A stretch of DNA of 64,000 nt from Azolla caroliniana. Its lineage: Eukaryota; Plantae; Polypodiophyta. The number at the start of each line of letters is the position of its first letter. Within the stretch, counting starts at the first letter, position 1. The stretch is taken from the NCBI GenBank assembly GCA_043228905.1, contig JBHGNT010000006.1:20088001-20152000 (forward strand), given 5' to 3'. The position numbers were made by a program, and so were the translations under genes. Below, in pieces: positions 1 to 12,649 of the stretch. Below the pieces are notes generated by a model that saw only the letters and a list, made by a program, of their open reading frames with translations, did no database searches and was not told where the DNA came from.

Positions 1-3000
1 GCGTGAGGAAGGGCGCAAGGAGGAAATGTTTCTCTTCGCAATATCAGTACAACCCTCCAGTACCACCAAAGAGGAGTCCACCGTTCAACTTCCCGAGAAG
101 TATCGTCAGTATGCTGATGTGTTCGATAAAGTACAAGCCAACACACTTCCTCATCATCGGCCGTACGATTGCGCCATCGACTTACAACCGGGAAAAGAGC
201 CGCCATGGGGGCCGATCTACAATTTGTCACCAACCGAGCTAGAAGTCCTTCGAGCCTATATAGAGGAGAATTTGGAGAACGGTTTCATTCGGCATTCGAA
301 ATCTCCAGCCGGCGCACCCATTTTCTTCGTCAAGAAAAAAGATGGCTCGCTTCGACTCGTTGTAGATTACCGTGGCTTGAATAAGGTCACAGTAAGAAAT
401 AGGTATGCTCTTCCCCTTATCTCAAGTCTTTTAGAACGGATCAACGGTGCCAGGTTCTTCACGAAGATCGACTTACGAGGAGCCTATAACCTCGTACGGA
501 TCCGACCAGGAGATGAATGGAAGACCGCGTTTCGCACCAGATATGGGCACTTCGAGTATACGGTCATGCCGTTCGGACTCACTAATGCGCCGGCAGTCTT
601 CCAGCACATGGCGAATGATATATTTCGAGATCTCTTGGATGATTTTTTGATCATCTATTTGGATGATCTACTGGTTTATTCAAAGACCCAAGAAGAACAT
701 GATTCTCATGTACTATTAGTACTAAAACGACTTCGAGAACATGGTCTGTATGCAAAGTTAGAGAAATGTAGTTTCGGGTGCAACCAAGTGGAGTTTCTCG
801 GCTATGTCATCTCCTCAGAAGGCATATCTATGGACCCAGCCAAGGTCAAAACGGTGATAGAATGGCACACTCCGCGTTCGGTGCGGGATGTGCAATGCTT
901 CCTAGGCTTTGCAAATTTTTACCGGAAGTTCATACAAAATTACTCAAAAATTGTGCTGCCTCTCACACATCTCACCAGGAAGGGACAATCATTCCTTTGG
1001 TCTAAAGAGACGGGCATGGCTTTCGAGAGTCTTAAGAAGGCGTTTACATCAGCTCCAATTTTAGGTCATGTGGATCCGGAAAAACCATTCATTATCGAAG
1101 CTGACGCATCGGATTTCGCATTGGGGAGCATTCTGTCACAACAGGGTAACGACGAGAAGCTACATCCTGTGGCTTTCCACTCCCGTAAGTTTGACGCCGC
1201 CGAAATCAACTACGAAATTCATGATAAAGAGCTATTAGCAATAGTTGATTCTTTTATGCAATGGAGGCATTTCCTGGAGGGATCTCCTCATCAGGTCACT
1301 GTATTCAGTGACCACAAGAACCTTGCCTACTTTCAAGATGCTCGTGTACTGAATCGACGTCAAGCTCGGTGGGCCCACTTCCTCACACGCTTCGACTTCA
1401 AAATTACATATCGTCCGGGGAAGCACCAAGGGAAGGCAGATGCATTATCACGGCGTTCGTATCTAACACCACGTCCTGGTGAGCCAGCTTTCGATAACCA
1501 GAAGCAAGTAATCTTGGGTCCAGCACGACTGCAAGCAGCACAGGTCTTTGACATGCCCGTGGATTCCGACATTACCAATACTATACGTGAGGACTTGAAG
1601 ACTGACGCTTTCGCCCAAGCTATACTAGCACAAATTGACCCCTCTCGAGCGTCATGTTCACAATCACAATCACCAGGTACGGATTATCGGCAATTCAAAT
1701 ACTGTGATGGATTACTCTTCTTTAAAGAACTTTTGTATGTTCCTAATGGTTCTTGCCGCCTTCGAGTAGTACAAAACTGCCATGACACATATACAGCAGG
1801 ACATTTTGGTAGTACTAAAACATTAGATTTAGTACAACGATCATTCTGGTGGCCCCGTATGCGACAATTTGTCGAAGATTTTGTTCGGACTTGCGATACA
1901 TGCTGCAGAGCGAAAATGCCAAGACATCATCCATATGGTTTATTAGAACCATTACCAATTCCAAGCAAGCCATGGCAATCCATTGCTCTTGACTTCATTA
2001 CAGATCTTCCAGTCTCCAAGGGATTCAGTGCGATTCTCACAGTGGTGGATCGATATACAAAGATGGCTCATTTCTTACCATGTACTAAAGAAATATCTAG
2101 TGAAGACACCGCCGAAATTGTCATGCGGGAAGTATGTCGGCATCATGGACTCCCTGATAATATCATCAGCGATCGTGGACCTCAGTTTGTGTCAAAATTC
2201 TGGAAGCACCTTTTTAAAATGCTGAAGGTCACTTGTCACCTCTCCTCCGGCTACCACCCACAAACCGACGGTCAAGCTGAACGAACAAATCAAACACTGG
2301 AGCAGTATCTGCGGTGCTTTCTCAACTATCATCAGAATGACTGGGCAGATATTCTTCAGTTCGCCGAATTTGCCTATAATAACGCTATCCACGCATCGAC
2401 TAAAGTCACGCCATTCTACGCTTATACAGGATATCATCCCCGGTGGTGTGTCCTTGAAACCCCAGAAGTGTCCACAAATCCTTGCGCGGAGGATCGTTTG
2501 GAGAGGTTACGCAAGATACAAGCGGATTTATCTACTCAACTCCAGCAAGCTCAACAATCACACAAGGACTACGCAGATCGTCATCGACTTCCATCCAGTT
2601 TTAACATTGGAGATCGGGTGTGGCTGCTACGACGACACATCAAGACTACTCGCCCATGTGAGAAGTTGGATTATCGGCGATTAGGTCCTTTCCGTATTAT
2701 CGGGAAGATTAATGATGTCGCTTTTCGTCTCGAGCTACCTCCGCAACTTCGGATACATCCGGTGTTTCATAGTTCTCTCCTCGAACCCTATCACGAGAGC
2801 ACTATCCCAGGACGTACTATACAACCACCACCTCCTATCGAGCTCGAAGATGGACCTGAGTATGAGGTCGCTGCCATCCTCGATTCCAAGATTGTTCGCA
2901 ACAAGCTCTACTATCTAGTCGATTGGCTAGGATATAGTCCCAGCGAGCGTACTTGGGAACCGATCGAGAATGTGACCAATGCTCGTGCTCTTCTAGAAGA

Positions 3001-3088
3001 CTTCCATCAACGATATCCCGAGAAACCGGGTCCTCAATCCAAAACGACTCGTGGAACTCGTCGTTTTAAAGGGGGGATAGTGTCATAA
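1..3088 (+). CDS. pol: Ty3/gypsy chromovirus (Tf1/Tcn1-like) pol: RT-RNaseH-integrase-chromodomain; 5' part lies outside the window
   Basis: Uninterrupted 1020-aa ORF. RT motifs (LVVDYRGLN, YLDDLL), RNase H (EADASDFALG, DKELLAI), integrase HHCC (H..H..CDTC) and core (DFITDLP, SDRG, QAERTN), GPF motif, C-terminal chromodomain (YEVAAILD...YLVDWLGY...TWEP). Confidence 0.97.
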   Translation, partial: REEGRKEEMFLFAISVQPSSTTKEESTVQLPEKYRQYADVFDKVQANTLPHHRPYDCAIDLQPGKEPPWGPIYNLSPTELEVLRAYIEENLENGFIRHSKSPAGAPIFFVKKKDGSLRLVVDYRGLNKVTVRNRYALPLISSLLERINGARFFTKIDLRGAYNLVRIRPGDEWKTAFRTRYGHFEYTVMPFGLTNAPAVFQHMANDIFRDLLDDFLIIYLDDLLVYSKTQEEHDSHVLLVLKRLREHGLYAKLEKCSFGCNQVEFLGYVISSEGISMDPAKVKTVIEWHTPRSVRDVQCFLGFANFYRKFIQNYSKIVLPLTHLTRKGQSFLWSKETGMAFESLKKAFTSAPILGHVDPEKPFIIEADASDFALGSILSQQGNDEKLHPVAFHSRKFDAAEINYEIHDKELLAIVDSFMQWRHFLEGSPHQVTVFSDHKNLAYFQDARVLNRRQARWAHFLTRFDFKITYRPGKHQGKADALSRRSYLTPRPGEPAFDNQKQVILGPARLQAAQVFDMPVDSDITNTIREDLKTDAFAQAILAQIDPSRASCSQSQSPGTDYRQFKYCDGLLFFKELLYVPNGSCRLRVVQNCHDTYTAGHFGSTKTLDLVQRSFWWPRMRQFVEDFVRTCDTCCRAKMPRHHPYGLLEPLPIPSKPWQSIALDFITDLPVSKGFSAILTVVDRYTKMAHFLPCTKEISSEDTAEIVMREVCRHHGLPDNIISDRGPQFVSKFWKHLFKMLKVTCHLSSGYHPQTDGQAERTNQTLEQYLRCFLNYHQNDWADILQFAEFAYNNAIHASTKVTPFYAYTGYHPRWCVLETPEVSTNPCAEDRLERLRKIQADLSTQLQQAQQSHKDYADRHRLPSSFNIGDRVWLLRRHIKTTRPCEKLDYRRLGPFRIIGKINDVAFRLELPPQLRIHPVFHSSLLEPYHESTIPGRTIQPPPPIELEDGPEYEVAAILDSKIVRNKLYYLVDWLGYSPSERTWEPIENVTNARALLEDFHQRYPEKPGPQSKTTRGTRRFKGGIVS

Positions 3089-3370
3089 CTAGACTCGAAC
3101 CCATAACCTTTTGTTACACGGGTCGAGACTTTACCATTAGGTTATAAATTGTAATTTGAAGGATATTATTTTCATTTAGGTTTTATTGGGAAATTGATGT
3201 ATATTCCAGATTTCTCTGGAACATTCTAGAAACTTCAGGAGTATTCCTGAAGACACTATAAAAGGAGGCGCAAGGCATTAGTTCGAACCAAATCGGTTCA
3301 ACGCCAGTCTTAAGCCTTCTAACTATTGTTGTATATCTTCCTTCATATAATACATATACCTTTCGCATCA

Positions 3371-3412
<42 letters not shown>

Positions 3413-3545
3413 ACCCATTCCTTCTCTCAAAGTTCGACACCTCTCATAGTACTAATCCTTCTCTGTCTTAGTACTATTCCCCGACAATAGTACTAATCCT
3501 TCTTTTAGTACTAATTCCTTCTCTGCCTTAATAGAGTTCCTGACA
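3081..3545 (+). mobile_element. 3' LTR of chromovirus copy 1
   Basis: Polypurine tract AAAGGGGGGATAG ends at 3080. TGTCA...TGACA termini, TATAAAA at 3257, (CT)n tract. Homologous to the minus-strand LTR at 38516-39795. Confidence 0.9.
3218..3237 (+). promoter_or_regulatory. Heat-shock element in LTR U3
   Basis: GAAcaTTCtaGAAacTTC is four alternating nGAAn units about 20 bp upstream of the TATA box. Conserved in the LTR copies near 38840 and 39635. Confidence 0.7.
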
Positions 3546-4617
3546 ATGGTGAGAACTCGAGGAAAATCGGAAGAATCGGTGGAGTGCATCGTGTGCACTC
3601 ACCCTTGTTAAAACGTGTGCATAATAGGGTTGCCTTAATGGCGCCGAGTAGGAGTTAATTTGGGACAGAAAATCCCTTGTAAGTCGTGATTTATCCCACA
3701 TAGTCACACGACCCTCACCTTGTTCTATAAAAGGGAGGGCACGCCCCTTGTAAAAGGGTTCCTCATTTTTGAGGTTCCATAGGTTCCATTTTTGGTGTTA
3801 ATAACTTCTGAGCATAACGTCTTTCTGTCTTCTTTTCATCTTGGTGTGAGTGTTGTCTCTATTTTCTGTTAGGGTTTCATCTTGGTGTGTGTGTTGTCTC
3901 TATTCTCTGTTAGGGTTTCAGTGTCATCTGTGTGCGTGCATAGGTGGCGTGTTTAGTTGTGGCGGGCCACGTGCGGACTGTTTGCGCCTTCCCTAAGTTC
4001 CTGCTTGTTGGTTCGTAGTACTCCACGGTCCGGTACGTCTGTGTGTGTGTGGGTGTTGGCTTCCACCGCTAGTGAAGAGCATGCGCGCTAGGTGGTTCGT
4101 TGGCAGGTTTCCCTCCTTGACATGCAAGACCCAACTCGGTTCAGCGAGCCCGTGCGCTCCCTTGAAGGCGGCTTGGTGACAGGAGGTGGTCATTCTGGAA
4201 GAGGCGTGCCCTGTATGAGGGTCCTGTTGTGCGAACGAGCCTGGGAGCTCCCCGACCGGCCCTGGGATGCAAGCTCCCTCTTCCTCTCCGTGTGGAACTG
4301 GTGTCGCAGCGAGCGTCGCGTGTGTATGTGTGGGAGTGTCTCCGGATAGCATAGGGTCCGAGAGCGGGTGCGTGTGTGGTTGCCGGTGTAGAGGTGCCAG
4401 TTGTAACCGTGTATATGTGCGTGTGTGTGTGCGACCGCGGTTAACCGGGCCATGTCCCATGCCTCTTTTGGCCCCCTGTACATACGGGCGAAAGGGGGCA
4501 GCAAGGACGAAGGTGCGCTCTCTCACTTCCCGTGCGATTACCGGTCGCGTCTGGAGAGTATCCGGGATTGAACCGGCCGGCAACGCAGCAAGCTCCGGAG
4601 GATTTGGGTTCCTGACA
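3546..4617. mobile_element. LTR-like segment of another retroelement, truncated on the left by the chromovirus
   Basis: TATAAAA at ~3726, a duplicated ~40-bp unit (3838-3920), ends in TGACA at 4617 next to a tract that reads as a PPT on the minus strand. Orientation is ambiguous. Confidence 0.45.
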
Positions 4618-4699
4618 ACTCCTCCCCTCCTGGTCCATGACCCCGGTGGTCCCTCCCGGATCCAACAAGCAAGTGCGGATTACTGCGACACCGGTTTTC

Positions 4700-5815
4700 G
4701 CTTGTACTCCTCCTCAAGCTTGGCAAGTCAGGGATCATTAATCCAAGGTTTGACTAGAATTGCTGGAGCTTGTCGGCTCCTAGGGCTTTGGTGAAGATGT
4801 CGGTTGTCTGAAGATTCGTAGTGATATGTTGAAAGTCGATATTACTAGCTTGAACGCGTTCTCGAATGAAGTGATAGTGCACTTCGATATGCTTCATGTG
4901 TGCGTGGAACATCAGGTTTCAAGCCAGATAAATACTGCTCATGTTGTCGCAGTAAAGGGGAATTGGATCTTTGATGGGAACACCCAGATCCTTCAAGATC
5001 CTCTTAAGCCATACGATTTCACATGCAGCCACCACCGCACCCTTGTATTTGGCCTCTGTGCTCGAAAGAGCGATGGTTGGTTGCTTCTTGCTACTCTAGG
5101 ATATGGCTCTACTTTCGAGGGAGAAGACGAAACCAGATGTTGATCGTCGGTCAGCTTTGTAGCCTGCCCAGTCGGCATCTGTGTACCCCTCAAGTTGAAT
5201 TGGCGTGGCCGACTTATAGAGAATGTCATAGTCCATCGTTCCGCTTACGTATTGTAGCACTCTCTTAGCACAATCCAAATGGATATCTCGTGGCGTTTGC
5301 ATGAACTGGCTAAGGAGGCCGGCCGGATAGCTCAAGTCTGGTCGAGTGATCGTGAGGTAGATAAGACTACCGATCAATTATCGATACTGAGTCGGCTCAC
5401 ACTCTGGGGTGCCAAAATTGGCTTCTAGTTTGAGGTTTCGGTCGAGAGGTGTTGCCACAGACTTGCACTCAGTCATCCCGAACTTGAATAACAAGTTGAG
5501 AATGTAGTGCCGTTGGGAGATCACAATCCCGGCTGGAGTCCGAATTACCTCGATGCCAAGGAAGTAATGGAGCTCTTTCATGTTCGTCATCTCGAATTTG
5601 TCGGAAAGGAGGGATTTGACCTTGTTGATGTCGACTAGATGCTCACCTCCAATGACCAAATCATCCATGTATAGGATGATGACGTTCGGACTTTCAGAAT
5701 CGCTTCTTACATATAGATAATTGTCTGATTTTGACATTCGGAAACCGATTCGATGAAGATATTGTGTTATCTTCGAGTGCCAAGTACGTGGTCTTTGCTT
5801 AAGGCCGTAGAGAGG
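4700..5815 (-). pseudogene. Outer Ty1/copia: RT C-terminal half and RNase H, decayed
   Basis: Fragments ILYMDDLVIGG, FEMTNMKELHYFLGIEV, TRPDLSY, GYTDADWAG..DRRSTSG, DIFTK, broken by stops and frameshifts. Confidence 0.92.
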
Positions 5816-8800
5816 TGTTGAGCGGCAAGCTCAACTGGGGCCGGATCGGCTGAATAAGCCTGAGCCGGCAAGCGAGACGGATCGGTAAGCCGTGAGCAAC
5901 CGAGCCGGTGAGCTGGGGAGCCGGTTAGCCGATCCAATTAGTAACCGGAAGCCTAGTATTAGTGTAGACTACTAGGCAATTATAATCTCGTAGTAAGTGT
6001 CAGATGCTCGTGTGAGCATTGAAGTACGCGGTACTTTTGTCAGTCCCACGAGGACTTGTATAAATAGTGCTACTGAGCATAGTTGTATGGACAGAGTGAT
6101 TATATTGTTTTTGAATATAGATTTTATGTTTTGCTCTCTCTGTCTCTCCCGTGTACTCTGTGTATTCCCTAATTTCTCTGTTTTCTAACGCTTCTGCAAG
6201 TAATCGTTTACATGGTATCAGAGCGCGAGGGTTGAGAACCTCCTTTGCAGCTGACAAACGCTTGAAAGCAAACCCTAACAAGTTGTAAAACAGCAGACAA
6301 AGAAGTGATGGATAGAGGGATGGCTACCTCGCTCCCTGTGGAGAAACTCGACAGATCCAACTATGCATCTTGGTCGTATAAGATGCACCAGTACCTACTT
6401 GGGCATGGCTATTGGAGTTTCGTCGAAGGAACCAATGAAACAACACCTGATGCGGCACGTAAGGACTTCCCAGTGTGGGAACAATCACCAAGCAGAGTGA
6501 TGTACTGCTTCGCGTCCAGTGTCGGAGACCAGCTACTGAGCCACATCCGAGACGCCAAGACAACGAAGGCGGCTTGGGGGAACCTAAAAAAGGTTTTCGC
6601 CGCAAGCACTACAACCCGGAAGCTACAACTCCGACATGAGTTGAGCAATGCCTGACAGAAGGACGTGTCGGTGGCGGATTACACGGCCCGGATCAAAGAG
6701 ATCTGTGACTCGCTTGCCTCTATCAACGTTACCATAGAGGAAGACGAGATGGTACAGGTCTGTCTTGGGGGCATGGCATCTAAGTTTAGAGCGTTCCAAA
6801 CGGTGGTGTGTACAAGGGAGAATACGCCGTCATTTTTCGACTTACAGTCGATGCTCCTTGTAGAGGAGAACCACGCCAGTGCGTCAACTAGCGCACCCAT
6901 TGACAGCCGGATGTTGTACACGGAGGCGGATCGGTTCCGTGGGCGTGGTGGACGAGGTGGGTTGGCACGCAATGGATGCGGCCGGCAAGAGCAAGAACGA
7001 AGGCACAGAGAACGTGCCGACAACAAGTCTGGGACTCCCACAGGTAGGGGGAGTCATGGCGACACCGGAAGACGACAAGAGAAGTCAACAACGGAATGTT
7101 GGTACTGTGGCAAAAAGGGCCACAGAGAAAGCGAGTGTTGGAGAAAACGAGCCAATTCGGACAAAACCGGATCCACCAAGGCCGGCAAGGATGACCGGCA
7201 AAGCTCGCACTACGCGAAGGGATCGAGAGGATCAAAGAACGGTAAAGGGCCAGCCTTGGTAATGAAGCACGAGGGGAACTCGATGAAGAAGACCACTTCC
7301 AAATCGGAGGAAGTGTGGTATGTTGATTCTGGTGCGTCGAACCACATGACGAGCCACAAAGAGTGGTTCTCTTTTTTGGAGAAACCGGACCAACCATGAG
7401 TAGTCAAAACCGGAGACGACACTCCGCACCCAATCGTGCACGTCGAAGAAGTCCCTTTGAGCCACGTCGGACAGAAAGGGAAGCTGATGAACGTATTACA
7501 CGTTCCAACAATCACGAAGAACCTGGTGTCGGTCGGACAGATCGTCGACCAGGGGATGCAGGTGCGGTTTACACACCTTGGGTGCTTCATCAAGGAAGAG
7601 GGCCAGATTATTGCGTAAGGGTGTAGAGACAGGAAGATGTTTATCCTCGACACCAATGACATTGGCACCTCTCTGTTTGCAAAAGGACAGAAGGTCGAAT
7701 CGGACATCGACCTGTGGCACAAGCAGATAGGCCACGACAATTACCGGAGGCTTCAAGACCTGCAAACAAAACAAGTTGTTTTCGGTTTGCCGAAGTTTAG
7801 CGGCCGGATGGCCCAAGTATGTGAAGCCTGCCAACTCGGGAAGAAACACCGGCTTCCATTCCCTACCGAACGTAACCGGAGTCGTAACAAGCTCGACCTA
7901 ATTCATTCGGATGTGTGGGAACCGGCACAGAATGTTAGTCTTGGCGGGAGTCGATATTTCGTCTCCTTCATCGACGACTATACGCGGCACACATGGATCT
8001 ACCTCATTGAGCGGAAGAGTGAAGTCTTTGAGTGTTTCCGGAGTTTCCAAAGCATGGTGGAACGGGAATCGGAGAGGAAGATCAAATGTCTGCAGTCGGA
8101 TGGCGGGAAAGAATACTTTTCTGGCCAATTCAATAGTTATCTACAGCAAACGGGAATTCGGTGAGAGTTCAGCTGCAAATACACACCGCAACAGAACAGT
8201 GAACCGGTCTCTTATTGATGCGGCAAGGGCAATGCTGGAGGAGAAGAGCATGCCCAAATTCTACTGGGCGGAGGCAGTCCGAATGACTATCTACATCCAG
8301 AACCGGATCGGTGACAAGGTGTCAGCTCACAAGCTGTATTTCGGGCGGAAGCCGAATTTGAGACACCTTAAGATCTTCGGTAGCATTGCATATGTGCATG
8401 TACCGGATGAGAAGCGGAGGAAGCTGGATGCAAAATCGTAAAAATGCATCCTAGTCAGCTATGCTCAAGAGAAAAAGGGTTATAAGTATTATATCCCCCG
8501 GACAAGGCAGGTCCGAGTTAGTCGAGATGTCGAGTTTGATGAATCGGCATCGTGGTACTCCTTACCGACTCCGACTTCTGAATCTGACCCGATGTCGGAG
8601 GATGAGGCTAGTGAGCTTGAACCGGCCCAGGTAGAGGATGATGAAGCGTGGACTCAGGATGAGAATCTGGAATCATTTCGGCTGAGCGGGCTGAACGAGA
8701 GACTGAGTCAATCTGACCAGTCTGATTAGGAACTGGCGAGTAGTGGAGACTCTGCCGTGCACTCCCGGCGCAAGGAACCGAGGAGACGGTTAATGCGCAA

Positions 8801-11523
8801 AGAGAAGGGGAAGAAGAAGATGCTGGAATTCGAAACGGGCAATGATGAGTCGGATCGGTGTGCATCCAACTCCGGCAAGGAGAAAGGCGGATCTTCGTCA
8901 ACAAAGACCGAACCAGCCAAGAAGGGCCTCAAACCGGGTAACGGTGAGTTACGCCGGTCCACCCGCCAGAAGGATCTCGTCAAGCGGTACGGGTACAATG
9001 AGTACATAGCACATCACTATGCGTACATGACTAAGGTGGCGGAGGTGCGTGAATCGGAGGCTACGCAGAAGTGGCCAAGGACGCAAATTGGCGTGCCGCT
9101 ATAGAGGAAGAAATGTGGGCACTTGATGTCAACACGACATGGGAACTGGTTGACCCTTCTCGTCACTGTATACCGATCGGATGCAAGTGGATATACAAGG
9201 TAAAGTACAACGCAGACGGTTTTGTTAACCAATATAAAGCCCGGTTAGTGGCAAAGGGATACGCGCAGACCCACGGAATCGACTACGACGAGACGTTCGC
9301 TCCTGTAGCAAAGATGACGACGGTTCGAGTGGTGTTGGCGGTTGCTGCGACAAGGGGGTGGCATCTTCATCAAATGGATGTGAAGAATGCATTTCTTCAA
9401 GGTGATCTTGAAGAAGAAGTCTTTATGACTCAGCCTCCCGGTTTTCAATTGGAGATGAGCAAGTCGGCGGTATGCCGGTTGAAGAAGTCGTTGTACGGCC
9501 TGAAGCAAGCCCCTCGAGCTTGGAATGCGAAGAGCACGCACCGGTTGCGTAAGATGGGGTTTGTGGCCTCCAAATTAAACTCTTCATTGTTCATCCGGCA
9601 AGGCTCAGCCGGTCCGGTATGTATACTGTTGTATGTTGATGATCTAGTCATCACTGGACCGGGTGTTCCAGAAATCAACCGCGTCAAGTCCCAGTTGTCG
9701 GACGCATTTGAGATGAAGGATCTGGGGGACCTTCATTATTTTCTAGGGATCGAGGTGATCCGAACCCCGGACGGCATATTGCTCTCACAACGACATTACG
9801 TCTTGAATATGTTGTACAAGTTCGGCATGACAGAATGCCGACCTGTATCCACACCCTTGGACTGAAACCAGAAGCTTCATCTCAAACCAGCCTGCAACGA
9901 GCAACGGTTCCGACAAATTGTCGGTATTCACTTGACTATCATGCGACCCAACATCAGCTATCCGATCGGAATGATAAGTCAGTTTATGCAGAAACCGACC
10001 GTGGAGCACCTTCAGTGCGCGCAAAGGATATTGTTGTATGTCAGCGGCACGAAGGATCGGGGGCTGTTATACCGGCGAGGTATACCCGAAGAGCTCATCG
10101 GTTACACAGATGCCAACTGGGCCGGCGATGCATCAGATCGCCGATCAACCTCCGGTTACATGTTTTCCCTAGGTAGCGCGGTTGTTGCGTGGAGCAGCAA
10201 AAAGCAGCCAATAGTTGCTCTGTTGAGCACTGAGGCTGAGTATTGTGGCGCTACCATTGCCACTTGTGAAGCCATTTGGCTTCGGCGACTGATGCAAGAC
10301 CTACGGATTGAGGTCCTGACCCCGATTCTGGTCTACTGCGACAACATCAGCAGCATGCAACTCGCCAAGAACCCCGTATTCCATGCTCGCACAAAGCACA
10401 TAGAAGTGCACTATCACTTTGTGCGTGAGCGTGTCCTGAGCGGTGAAGTCGAACTTCGGTATGTTCACACGGATCGGCAAGTTGCCGACATCTTCACCAA
10501 ACCGCTCGGATCAGACAAGTTGCAGCACTTCACCGAAATGCTTGGTGTTCAGCATCTTGACGTGCCACACTTGAGGGGGAGAACAGGCAAAGACACCGGA
10601 ACAGGCAAAGGCAAAGAGACTACCGATTGCGCCGGTGAGGGAAGAACAGAAGGCAGCAGAGTCAAGAAGGACAGAGCCGACCGAAGGAAGAAGGCCAAGA
10701 CTCGGACATGGTCCGATGTGGTGAAGGGCTTGGAACCAGAAGACGAATCGGGAGCAACCGATTCAGATAAGAGCTAGAACAAATCGGAGACAGTCGATTC
10801 GGTTCAAAAGACAGATTTGGAAGAACTGGATCAATTCAAGGCCAAGCAGACATAGATGCAACAGAAGTCGATGCCATTGCGGAGGAACTGACGGATCAAT
10901 AAGCGCCAGAGTCATAGCAGCGAAGGAGCTGAGAGGGGCCTATTGTGCAGACATATCGACCGAGAAGGTCGAGATGCGTAGAACAAGAGGGTTCGCGGCA
11001 AACAAAACTGGACCGGACGAGGAGCGCGAGCAAGGCGGAGCGATGCCAAGAGAAGTCGGTTGGAAGAACCGACTGCCACAGAGACTAACACTAAGATCCA
11101 ACCTCAAGTTGAGCTTGAGGGGGAGTGTTGAGCGGCAAGCTCAACTGGGGCCGAATCGGCTGAATAAGCCTGAGCCGGCAAGCGAGACGGATCAGTAAGC
11201 CATGAGCAACAGAGTAGGTGAGCTGGGGAGCCGGTTAGCCTGATCCAATCAGTAACCGGAAGCCTAGTATTAGTGTAGACTACTAGACAATTATAGTCTC
11301 GTAGTAAGTGTCAGATGCTCGTGTGAGCATTGAAGTACGCAGTACTTCTGTCAGTCCCACGAGGACTTGTATAAATAGTGCTACTGAGCATAGTTGTATG
11401 GACAGAGTGATTATATTGTTTTTGAATATAACTTTTACGTTCTACTCTCTTTGTCTCTCCCGTGTACTCTGTGTATTCCCTAATTTCTCTGTTTTCTAAT
11501 GCTTCCGCAAGTAATCGTTTACA
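5816..11523 (+). mobile_element. Full-length, decayed Ty1/copia nested in the RT of the outer copia
   Basis: LTRs 5816-6212 and 11126-11523 (TG...CA; about 19 substitutions plus 1 indel by eye, ~95% identical). PBS TGGTATCAGAGC (tRNA-iMet) at 6213-6224, PPT GAGGGGGAG at 11117-11125, perfect TSD AGAGG at 5811-5815 and 11524-11528. Confidence 0.97.
6305..10777 (+). pseudogene. Copia gag-pol (gag, CCHC knuckle, protease, integrase, RT, RNase H) with multiple stops and frameshifts
   Basis: [78 protein letters not shown] distributed over about eight ORF pieces. Confidence 0.95.
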
Positions 11524-12346
11524 AGAGGTTACTTGAGTCAGCAGACATCTTTCGGATGAATGCTTGATTCGAAGCCGGGTGGTTGTACCATGTACACCTC
11601 CTCTTCTAATTCGCCTTGAAGAAAGGCATTCTTGACATCCATCTGGTGGAGGTGCCACCCTTTCGCTGCAGCAAGCGCTATCACGGTTCGCACGGTTATC
11701 ATCTTTGCTACCGGGGCAAAGGTCTCTTCATAGTCGACGCCTTGTGTTTGTGCGTAGCCCTTTGCTACGAGTCGAGCTTTGTAGCAGTTGACGGAACCGT
11801 TAGCATTATGCTTCACTTTGTATATCCATCTGCAATTGATTGCCTTCTTGTGCGGTGAGTGAGGGACGAGATCCCATGTCTCATTCTTGCGAGAGGTTGC
11901 ATCTCCTCGTTCATCGCTTTGACCTATCATGGATCTTTAGCGGCTTTGGGAAAGCTCTCCGGTTCTCGAACTGCTGCCACCTTCATCATAAAGGCATAGT
12001 GATATGCCATATAGTTGTTGTAGCCGAATTGGCTAACAAGATTCTTCTCTCGGGGTGACTAACAGAGTTTCTCATTTGCTTATGTGAGTGTTTTCTCAAC
12101 TCCGGGTGACCTCGTAAGAGACACATCAAAGCCATCGAACTCACTATTGAGTGGATGAGTCGATTCGTTGCAGTCGAAGTGATCGTCTTCATATTCCGGC
12201 ATTTTGGCCTTCCCTTTGTTCATCTTTGGACTTGGCCGAGATGTGCTTTGGTTGCTCGGAGGCTCTTGTGGTCTGCTCAATCTGGTTGAGATCGGACTCT
12301 CTTCGAGTATTGACCTTAGTTGATCATCGTCTTCTGTGTTGTCGAG
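11524..12346 (-). pseudogene. Outer copia: RT N-terminal half and integrase-RT linker
   Basis: TWDLVP...[12 protein letters not shown]...[12 protein letters not shown]; joins 5815 across the AGAGG TSD. Confidence 0.92.
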
Positions 12347-12649
12347 TGTTAACCGTTTCTGGGGGAAACACCTTCGATGAGCCCACAGGCTATCAGTATC
12401 AAGGGGCTGTGTTACGTGGAAGCCTCTCTTTCTCCAAGAAGACATTATGGGAACGAGGAGCGTACACGGGCTACAACCCGTTAGACATAGACGTAGCTCG
12501 GTTTACGAGTACGGGGAGACTACACAGATGAAGGAATAGTAAGAGCGAGACTTATATTAAATGAGAAAGCTCATAGTGATTACTGTACACGGCTCTCGGC
12601 CGGAAAACAGTTTTCTGTACGGGGGAGTTCCTCCTGTCTGGCTTCCGTG

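Noticed and set aside
3993-4794. ORFs of 175-196 aa in GC-rich DNA
   Set aside because: Overlapping on both strands, no recognisable motifs, lie in an LTR-like segment.
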